NCBI GenBank assembly: GCA_012295275.1
Contig: CM022672.1
Location: 34,782,001-34,846,000 of the forward strand
Source: Chrysomallon squamiferum
Lineage: Eukaryota; Animalia; Mollusca
Direction of reading: 5' to 3'
Length of the DNA stretch: 64,000 nucleotides
Made by a program: the position numbers and the translations under genes. Below the pieces are notes generated by a model. The model had not been told where the DNA came from. It searched no databases and saw only the letters and a program-made list of their open reading frames with translations. This document shows, piece after piece, positions 42,308 to 64,000 of the stretch (position 1 is the first letter of the stretch; every line of letters begins with the position of its first letter).

Positions 42308-44785
42308 AATGTGTTAAAGAAGTGACCTATGGATCTGGTTGTAAGAAGCAGTGTTCTGAACGTCATTGTCTGAACACATCAACGTGTGACACAAAGACTG
42401 GTCAGTGTATCGGAGGTTGTCAACCAGGATGGTTAGAACCTGACTGTTCTCAAGGTGAAAACTAAAAAATCTAAATTATTATTTGTTTGTTTGCTCATTC
42501 TGGGTATATAAGTATTTTTTATTCCCAAATAATTATTACTAAATATTAACTTACTATTTTTGATATGTTTCAGTTTGTCAGTCGGGGTTCTATGGTTCGA
42601 AGTGTTCACTAAAGTGTCGAGATCGACACTGTACAGGAGATCAAAGATGTAATCACACAAACGGAAAATGTAATGATGGTTGTATAACTGGTTGGGCAGG
42701 AAGTGACTGTAGAGGTAAATATACAAGAATGAATGAAAGCTGACATCTCTGAAGAAAAGGACGTGTCTGTATCAGAGTATGATTCAATGGCTAAATATAT
42801 TTAATACAGCGAAACAGATCGTTTCGACATAATGAAATAATTGATAAGGCTAAATAAGAAACCAGATAACACATGCAAACAAAATGTTGTTTTTCATTAA
42901 CTGGTAATATTTCACAATTTAAAACTTTAGTATTTTATTTATATAAATTTAAAAGTAAATTTCAGAATGTGAAGGAGGACTGACTTATGGTTCTGGATGT
43001 TCAAAGCGATGTTCTGGTCGTCACTGTTTGGTTAACTCAGCGTGTGATTCAAACACTGGAACATGTGTCGGAGGTTGTGAGCCAGGCTGGAGAAACACAG
43101 ACTGTTCTGAAAGTAAGAGACACAAACTAAATATTTAGTCAAATGTTTTCATTCAGTTACGTGCCTTTGTAGCTTATATCTTAGTTTTTATTATATTATT
43201 TTATTCTGTCATAGATTAAAAACTAATAAGTTGTTTCTTATTACAGTTTGTGCACGGGGCACTTACGGATTCAACTGTTCAAAGTCTTGTACAGACAGAC
43301 GCTGTGACAGACAGTCAGACTGTAAACACACTGATGGTAAATGTAAAACAGGATGTAAAACTGGATGGAAAGGTATTGATTGCACAGGTAAATGTTTATA
43401 TCAAAAATGTTTGAATTCTTCTGATTTAAGTGTTTATTTTTTTGCCATTTTATTTATTTATTTATTTAGATTATTAGTTATTGTTGTAGTTATTTTATTT
43501 TATTTTTTACGTTGAATAATAGCCACGAAATTGTTTGCTGATTCTGGAACCAAGTCAAACAAAAAAGTAGAGAAGACAAGATGCAAATTAAAGTTAGAAA
43601 ATATTAGACCTAAGTCAAAAGTATATTGTCTGCAATTTATTTAGATTGTCTTTACTATGTATATAAAATAGGAACTATAAGCGTAATGAGAAAAAGGTGC
43701 TTTTGTAGTTTTTATTCTATATATAGGTCTAAAACTTTAAGATTATGAACAGAAATGAGATAACGTTATTTATTTTATTGACAGTTTTAAGGTATTGAAA
43801 TAGACAGGTGGCAAAAGAAATATATTATTAAATTAAGAAGAATATAACATTATATGTTTACAAACCAATTTTAATACGGAGATTGACTGATATATTTCAA
43901 CACAGATAATGAGACACTACTTTTATTTCATTCTTCTTGTTTTGTAATTTTTCAGAATGTGATAAAACATATGGGACAAACTGTAATTATAACTGCAGTG
44001 ACAGACACTGCAAAGACGATGACTCATCTTGTGATTCTAAAACTGGGAAATGTGTTGGAGGATGTAAACCTGGATGGTTGAATGCTACGTGTACTCAGAG
44101 TAAGTCAGAGTATACAGTTATATTTAGAATCATTTTTGTACACACACACACACACACACACAAATGAATGATAATTATTACCAAAGACATTGTTCTGCAG
44201 GTGAGTAGCTGAAATGCAAGATATGATGTGAAGAAGGATCTATCACATCTGGTGCAAACAATGGGCTACAGTTACTCTCATCCAAAGATTGGTTTACTGA
44301 AGATCACAGTAAAACTTTTCCTGAATTTGCAACAAATAAGAACAACAAAAACAGCAACAACAAAACAATTAATAACAATAAATTGAAATCTGCATATGGT
44401 GGCACCTTGTTTTCTCTTTCATTACGTGCATATTCTTAAGGCTACACATGATGCTACATGTATTACAACATGTTGAAAAATAATTTCTTCCTTTGCTTTT
44501 CTTTGTCTTCTTTTTATTTCTGCCAGGATAGTTATATTTAAAGGCAGGCGACAACGGTAAACAGAGTTATAAATATTCATTACTATAATTTAGTTTAATA
44601 TATTTTTCTATTTTAATTTAAGAATGTGATGAAGATTTCTATGGAGACGGGTGCAGTTTCTCATGTTCAGAAAGACAATGTTTTGAAAATCAGAATTGTT
44701 CTCACCAGACTGGAGAATGTGTTAATGGATGTTTGGCTGGTTGGGAAGGAATTTCTTGTATCAGTCGTGAGTTGAATAACATTTT

Positions 44786-44825
<40 letters not shown>

Positions 44826-45313
44826 CTTTTAAATGTTAATATTTCTTCTTATACGTCTTTCTTTCCTTTTATTTTTGATAATATGTGATAATAAAGTTTA
44901 AAAAGTAAGGAAAGAAAGAATTTAATAATATATAAAAATATCTAAATTATTATAATTTTTAAAAATCAAGATCATACAAAAGCTTTGTTTCCATATCCCA
45001 TTCTGTAAATGGGTGAGATTAAAAACAGATTTGTTAACCAGCGATCTAAACATTTTAAATTCAGCTTGCAGTCTTGGACGATATGGTAGGAACTGTAACT
45101 CTACGTGTGGAAAGTGTAAATCAGAAGAATGTGACAGGGTTTCTGGAAACTGCACACAAGGTTGTTCTGATGGTTATGAAGGAGTCCTGTGTCAGCAGCG
45201 TTAGTAATTTAAAATATTCGTATCAGACTTGAATTCACTGCCAATGTATTTATTATCGTACATTGTGGTCTGCAATAAGTTTTAATGTATGCTATTTTTT
45301 GATTTCTTAATTA

Positions 45314-45373
<60 letters not shown>

Positions 45374-48190
45374 GTTATTATTATTCTTGACGTTTCAAGC
45401 AGTCTTTAGTTTGGAGTTCTTGCATGACACAGTTGAATACTAATGCTAAATATTTTATTTTTTATTTTTCTTAAATTATACTAATGCAATCAATGAATGG
45501 ATATGAGCCAGCACTTCAATTAAAATAATAATAATAATAATAATAATAATTACCGTATATACTTGTGTACAAGGCGACCTTATGTTTAAGTCGATGTGTA
45601 TTTTAAGACCAAAAATTGCGTCATTTTAGGTATTACTTGTGTATAAGTCGACTGTAGATTCCAGGCACCGTCACTATTTTTAGACCAGTGTGACAGTGCC
45701 ATGAAGGCCTACATTGTACGCCTACTGTAAGATAACTTGCACGAGCTGTAACTTGCACGAACATACTATAATAACGTAAATGCATGTATTACGCGAGCTA
45801 TAGCCTAAATGTATCATAAATAGTATCTCTTTAATGTAATAGGTATAAAATGGAGACCTAACTTACCGTTATATTTAGCCGTTCTATGATTTACAAAATT
45901 TGTCGGTAGTGGATATTAATGAGGATTGCAATATTATTTCACCAAATTCTTTACAATTAAACAAGTGAGTTTTGTTTATGAAATTAGGACCGATATTTAG
46001 TGCAATTTGGCAGAGAAGTCTGCATTCCTAGATCATTGCAAGACACCGTAAGGCATAACGCCGTACTGACGGTTTTCTCGCTTTAAAATGTATTTTTATG
46101 TCATTAAACGGATGAATATCATGTTTTACCTTCATATTTGGTTTTGTTATTTAATTTTTCAAAAACTTTCATACGATAAAATTATATTCTTGAAAAGCTG
46201 AAAGACCGCGATTATTTTAGATGCATCCTGTAGCAAAAAATAGTCAAAATGGCGACTCTTCGGCAACAGCTACAAAAGCATTACCTATGTATAAGTCGAC
46301 CCCAAAAATATTACCTTAATATAGTCTCCCAAAAATTCGACTTATACACAAGTATATACGGTAATAATAATAATAATAATAATAATTATTATTATAATTA
46401 TTATTATAATTATTATTATTATTATTTATATTATTATTATTATTATTATTATTATAAAAAAATAAATAAAAGATAAAATATTTCTGAAGAATAATAAATT
46501 GCAATATAATTATGACCTTCATATCCAGATGAGCAATTGAACTTATTCCGTTTTATTATTTTTAAGAGAAACTGGGTATATTTGTTCCTGAGTTGAGGTA
46601 TTTTTCCAGGGATACTCTCTGGAACCGCCAGTCATATATCCAATATAGTTTAATCTCATTTTGTATTTTTTTTATTTATTTATTTATTTATTTATAATCT
46701 TATTTTATTTTAAATTATTGGGTTTTATTGCATTTTTTTTTCTTTTGTACATCAGTTGAATCTATGATCAGTCAGAAACATCTTCTTTTATTATTTTATT
46801 ACACAAATCAATTTCAAAATATGAAAGTATGAATTATTATTTCCAGACTGTAAACATTTCTAACGGATTCTGTGTTCATAATGGATGCCGACAGTGGCCT
46901 ATTGCTTCTATTAACTGAATTTCGTCCAAGATTATCAAATATAACAATGACATTATAACATAAGATAAATTACCGTAGACTTCGCAAATAATTAGTATGA
47001 AAACCTTTTTGACATTTTTGTAGTTTCTGAAACAACATTTCAATGTGTTGTATAAAAGTTTCTTTAATGTATTACTTTTGAAATGAACATAGAACGCAAA
47101 TTATGAGATAGTTACCAGTAAAATACTTGTAAATAAAAATGTGTGTGCTAAACCTTTAGACCGAGATTTATAATGATTTTATAAATACTTTTAAATTGAA
47201 AAATATACTGCCAATTTTTTATGTACTCTAAAATATTCTTCTTTAATATCCTTTTTTTAATATTTCCACCCGTTTTTTTTTTCCCTTTCCTTTACGGTTA
47301 TTAGTTTTAAGAATAATTTCTTTCCAGGCTCAGCCCAAGAAGCAAAATATACAGCAACATCAACTGTAACGGCTTTGTCAGTCGTCACAGCTGTACTGTC
47401 TTTGCTTCTCGTAATATCCGTTGTTTTTAATATCAGGTAAAAATGCTTATAAATTCTTCAACCACATTCATGTAAATAATAATAATATACCAATTATTTT
47501 ATTTCAGTTTGAACTGAAGGAATAAGTTTACAGTATTTTCTTCTGTTTGATAATAAATATAAATCGTATAATGAAATTTGCGCATGCACATCTTTATAGC
47601 TGATAAAAAAATATCTTTATCAAAGAATGTATTTACAGAATACTAAGCTGAAGTATTGTGTATTTGATAATATATAATATTGTTATTATAGATTCAGAGG
47701 ATATACATGTGTCATAAATAAACTTAAAATCTATACTTTTTTTAAGTTTAGTCTGAATTGCGGGAACTGAGAAGCTATTAATTATCTGTGTAACAGTATC
47801 TCTCAACGTGTATTATATTTTAATTACATAAAATTTGCATTTACTAACTGATAATATAAAAATGAAAACATTTTCAGAATGGCTCTGATTAGAAGAAAAC
47901 GACCATCCTCTAGTGAAGATTCAGTATCATTTGTAAAAAACAACAACAGCCATCCCAGAACTGCAGCTACTCCGTCATCATTGTATGAAGTATTTGATGA
48001 AGACGTCAATATCGTCACACCACCAAATCACAGTGACACTCAAACAGTTTCATCAGGTGATGCGGAGACAAGTTATGTAAACACTCCACATCAAGAAGAT
48101 CTCAATACTCAAGAAATACACGATTATGATAAACTAGATATTGATGTTGTTGGACAGGGATCTCCATATGAAAAAAAAATAAGAACGTAA
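42308..48190 (+). CDS. Gene F (3' part): 7 EGF exons + TM + tyrosine-motif tail; 5' end lost in the gap
   Basis: EGF 42308-42454, 42574-42714, 42966-43112, 43247-43387, 43956-44099, 44623-44766, 45065-45199. TM 47328-47436. Tail 47878-48190 (SLYEVF, SYVNT, DYDKLDIDVVGQGSPYEKKIRT*). Confidence 0.9.
45551..46363. mobile_element. Non-autonomous Tc1/mariner-superfamily (Tc2/pogo-like) DNA transposon, MITE-type
   Basis: Left end TA|CCGTATATACTTGTGTACAAGGCGA; right end TCGACTTATACACAAGTATATACGG|TA. This gives a ~25-bp TIR with 2 mismatches and a TA target duplication. Internal TGTATAAGTCGAC repeats, no transposase ORF. Confidence 0.88.
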
Positions 48191-48469
48191 TAAATATATA
48201 TATATATATATAAACAAATATTAATTTTGTTAGTAAAGTTTTTTTTTTAATTATTTAGTAACATTTTTTCTCGTTAGATGCACTATAATAATTTATGTTT
48301 TAATTTTGTAACCGAAAGAACAGTGTTAATAACATGAACAGTTGGTAAACAATTTTAGTCATTTTATTATATACATGTAAATATTTTTCTAGATGCTTTT
48401 TATCAAAAGTATTCATCTGAAAACAAATACTTTATTAAACGTTTGATATTTATGTATTAATTGGATATT

Positions 48470-48830
48470 TACTAACACAGTCTCGTTAGAACAGTAAATT
48501 TATGTATTCATGTATTCATTGTGAATATTTAGTAACACAGTCTCTTTAGAACAGTAAATTATTTTATGTATTCATTGTGAATATTTAGTAACACAGTCTC
48601 TTTAGAACAGTAAATTATTTATGTATTCATTGTGAATATTTAGTAACACAGTCTCGTTAGAACAGTAAATTATTTATGTATTCATTGTGAATATTTAGTA
48701 ACACAGTCTCGTTAGAACAGTAAATTATTTATGTATTCATTGTGAATATTTAGTAACACAGTCTCGTTAGAACAAAATTATTTATGTATTCATTGTGAAT
48801 ATTTAGTAACACAGTCTCGTTAGAACAGTA
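48470..48830. repeat. ~56-bp minisatellite downstream of the gene F stop, ~6-7 copies
   Basis: Unit TATTCATTGTGAATATTTAGTAACACAGTCTCGTTAGAACAGTAAATTATTTTATG, the reverse complement of the array behind E. Confidence 0.9.
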
Positions 48831-49829
48831 TTTATATATTAATTTTATTTTCTTTAATACTCAGATATTGTTCATTTTCTTTGTTATAAACAACTGAAGC
48901 TGAGCTGAGAACAAAAAATATTTTAATATTTTAAGTTGCAAATAAACATAATCAAATATTTTTATAGAATATTTTCTGGACTTGTGAACAAGTTTCACCG
49001 AGTAGTTTGCGCTGCATGCAACAGTTTAAACTTTATATTCATTCAATTTTATTTATATGAGACACAAGATGATATTTCAAATACAATAATGAAACGCTGT
49101 ATACAATAGTATAAACTTTACAATCGTACAAGAATAAAGATTAATCTAATTGATATGAGACACAGAATGATGATTCAAGTAGCCTGATCAAGAGTACATT
49201 GTACAGATTGACACTAACCAGTTAGTAAAGATTTAATCAAACGAAACACAGTAAACTAAAACTATTACTTTGTTTATGTTCATCGCGGCCGCATAGCTGA
49301 CACAGACCAGTTAGAAGAACTCATGAATTTATGTCAAAGATTAATAAACCAACAAGATGTAAATTATTATGATAAACATGAGTTTGTAAATGGTATATTA
49401 TTATGAACTAAGTAAAAGCAATTCAGAGTGATTTGTTATAGCTGTATTGCTTTGCAAATAATAATTAGTGATGTCATAGTCTTAACAAATCCAATTTCAG
49501 AATTATTTCCCATAAAATCATTGATTAGCTCAAACAGTAATCAGACATCAAGTATACGACATTACATACATTTAGTGATAGACGATTCGAAGTAAATTAA
49601 TATTTCTGTTACAGACAGGATCAGTATTTGTGTTTATTTCTCTTAGTTTAGTGTTAATTAACCAGTCTTCATTTTAATTATTTATTAGAACCATTGTTTC
49701 ATTAAATATATTTTCTAAGAAGTTAAATTTGTTTATTTGTGCTTAAAGGTATGATGTGGACGAGTATGTATGAGTGTGCGTTGTGTATGTCTATATCTAT
49801 ATAAACAGATAACATAGAAACAGTCGCGC

Positions 49830-49873
<44 letters not shown>

Positions 49874-50159
49874 TCGCATATTCGCATATCCGCATAATCC
49901 GAGATGCTGAAAATTCGTAGAAATGTATACAGCGTATCTTAAAAATTAATTTAAAAAAAAAAAAAAACAGCATTCATCATATTACAGCAGTATATTACGA
50001 TTCTTTATAAACTTCAGCTGATCATAAAACATATTTTGTTTTGATTAAATCTTAAGGCTAAAGACTTTAGTAATTAATATGTGAAGTAGTTTAATTTGTC
50101 ATTTGCATATTCTGTTTATTAGTATACAAAACTGAAATCTCATTTTACACAGAAAAGCA

Positions 50160-50205
50160 CATACACACAGACATACACACACACACGCATACACAAACAC
50201 ACACA

Positions 50206-50246
<41 letters not shown>

Positions 50247-50843
50247 ACACACATACACACACATACACACATACATACACACACACACACACATACATAC
50301 ACACACACACACACACACATACATACATACATACATACACACACACACATACAAATAACGGCTCCGTCCGTTTTGTACATTTTTAAACATGACAAACTCT
50401 AAACATGATACATGCAAACGTACATACATGTATATACATACATACAAGCATTCATATATACATACATACAAGCATTCATATATATATACATTGTAGACAC
50501 AGGCAAATATATACATACATACATACATACATTCATACATGATACACAAGCATACATACATACATACATACATACATACATACATACATACATACATACA
50601 TACATACATACATACATACATACATACATACACATACACACACACACACATACATACATACATACATACATACACACATACACACACACACACACATACA
50701 TACATACATACATACATACATACATACATACATACAAGCATTCATACATACATACATACAATACATACATACATACACACACATACATACATACATACAT
50801 ACATACATACATACATACATACATACATACATACATACATACA

Positions 50844-50875
<32 letters not shown>

Positions 50876-50935
50876 CATACATACATACATACAACACATA
50901 CATATACATACATACGTCATACATACATACATACG
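50160..50935. repeat. Large compound (CA)n/(ACAT)n microsatellite
   Basis: Long tetranucleotide runs, the source of the spurious HTYI/MYVC ORFs. Confidence 0.95.
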
Positions 50936-50943
50936 TCAAGGTT

Positions 50944-51025
50944 GTCTTGATGACTGAGAGGTAATGTCGTCCGCCTTCGGAGTGCGGGCGGATGGGTGTC
51001 ATACGTTCGAGTCTCGTCAGCGACA
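50944..51025 (+). mobile_element. tRNA-derived element, copy 3
   Basis: GTCTTGATGACTGAGAGGTAA...GTTCGAGTCTCGTCAGCGACA. The A box is degraded and the B box intact. Confidence 0.5.
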
Positions 51026-52095
51026 TCTGACGTGTTTTGTGAGGTTTTCATGCGCCAATGCGTTCCCGAATATTATCTGTGTCTTTTCAGACGTACATAA
51101 GACTGAATATTCAATCCTAAAATATCTACATATTCAGTGCTTATGCTGATAAAAAGAAATGCGTATGAATAGTGACATTGTAATAGGAAGAGATTACTCA
51201 TCAATGGGGACACTCCGCTAGCTCGTTTCATACATGTACCCAGTCATGCGTGTCCTAGATTCGTGTTGTGAATGACATTAAGTACTGAACTCTTAGCTTG
51301 AAACTTTTGTCTCGTTATAGAAGAGTCAACTGATCTGTTTTCACTACACTCGACCTAGTCCTCTGTTAGGTCTGAAAGACAACTTACGGCGAATTACAAG
51401 ATTATGTATCATTTTGCTGTTTGTTACATATACCTCGGTGTATTAATAATACGTTTAGATTACATTAAATACTACTATTTTAATTATTATTTTCTGTTTT
51501 ATAGCATGGACAGTGACGGCATAGGAATAGTTTCACGATTTCACATTATGTATCTCTGTAAATAATATATTAAGTGAAATAAGAAAACACACATACACAC
51601 ACACACACACACTCAACCACACATATTGGATGTGTGTGTGTATGTGTGTGTGTGTGTATAAGTCAATTAATAGTGCTGATCTTTTTATGTGTGTGTTTAT
51701 TAATACATTAATACATACATATATATATATATATATATGTTGGATGTGTGATTGAATGGGTGTGGGGGGTGAGTGGGTCTGTGTATAAGTCAGTTAATAG
51801 AGCTGACCTTTTTAAAAGTATTATGACACCTGTCTGACAGGATAATGTATATGAAAAGTTTTCTGTGTTTGTGACCTAATTTCAGTTCGAGTAAAACGTA
51901 GTTTCGTAGATCCAAATTTAATCTCAGTGTGTTTAATTTATCATATTTACATTCCTCTGTATACATTCCTCTGTCTATATGAACTTTGTACAACGATATA
52001 TTAGATGGTGTTTTTATCTTTTCTCATTCAAAACGAGTCTTGTGTCAGCTCTCAGTTTTACTTCCTTGTTGGTTTAACTACGAGACATTTTCGCT

Positions 52096-63650
<11,555 letters not shown>

Positions 63651-64000
63651 GTAATAATTGTATTTTATACTCTGATCAAATAAGCAAACCATAAAAGATG
63701 AACACACGACATGAAGATACACTATAACTAGTAAAGTCATTCTTAATTTATTTCGTTTAGTTTATATATATATATACTTTTTTTATTATTATTATTTTTT
63801 TAAATAAATTTTTATACAAAAAAAAAAATACAAAAAAAATAGAAAACGATATGTCTCGTTCCTTCTTCTAAATTTCATCATTTTACAGCTCATGGTTATT
63901 TTATCATTTGCGTCACAGTATAGACGGACAATCCATTATTTGAAATGTAAAGACATAAAGTCTGATTTTGTATATATATTATTTACTTTATCTCCTTTTT

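Noticed and set aside
47328-47900. Asn/Arg near the end of the tail-type TM (VVFNIRMALIRRKR) as an adaptor-pairing charged residue
   Set aside because: About 19 hydrophobic residues precede it, so the Arg may simply be the cytoplasmic boundary. The Asn is absent in E.
49260-49410. Conserved GC-richer block containing GCGGCCGC with a ~48-codon open frame (VHRGRIADTDQLEELMNLCQRL), also at ~14500-14660 and ~28730-28870
   Set aside because: No convincing start or splice sites, the paralogs have indels, and there is no recognisable motif. Recent duplication explains the similarity.
50099-51026. Long ORFs of up to 198 aa (MYVC/HTYI repeats); also the RERE, LSLS, NNNN and IIII ORFs elsewhere
   Set aside because: These are translations of stop-free microsatellites.

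Overview
AT-rich, microsatellite-rich eukaryotic DNA with GT-AG introns. An invertebrate, probably molluscan, origin is inferred from the protein repertoire only. The whole window is one tandem cluster of paralogous type-I membrane receptor genes: six gene pieces (A, B, C, E, F, G) that may be five genes. They draw on a shared signal-peptide exon (MAGCWISLQ.LVCCLI), an optional two-exon F-type-lectin/galactose-binding-like domain and a common pool of 13 phase-1/phase-1, 8-Cys EGF-like (MEGF10/SCARF/Draper-like) exons. They end in one of two intracellular modules: a classical protein-tyrosine-phosphatase domain (A at 1-8 kb, G at 52-64 kb), or a ~100-aa non-catalytic tail with YVN and an ITAM-like YDKL-x10-YEKI (C, E, and a variant in F). 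Each paralog carries a different collinear subset of the EGF exons. Scars of how exons were lost are visible: microhomology deletions, a fold-back inversion and truncated pseudoexons. A 72-bp VNTR multiplies a stop-containing decoy splice acceptor. Two 200-N gaps bracket the only minus-strand block, which suggests a mis-oriented contig. All exon models were read by eye and lack transcript support. Most of the supplied ORF track is microsatellite or wrong-frame noise.
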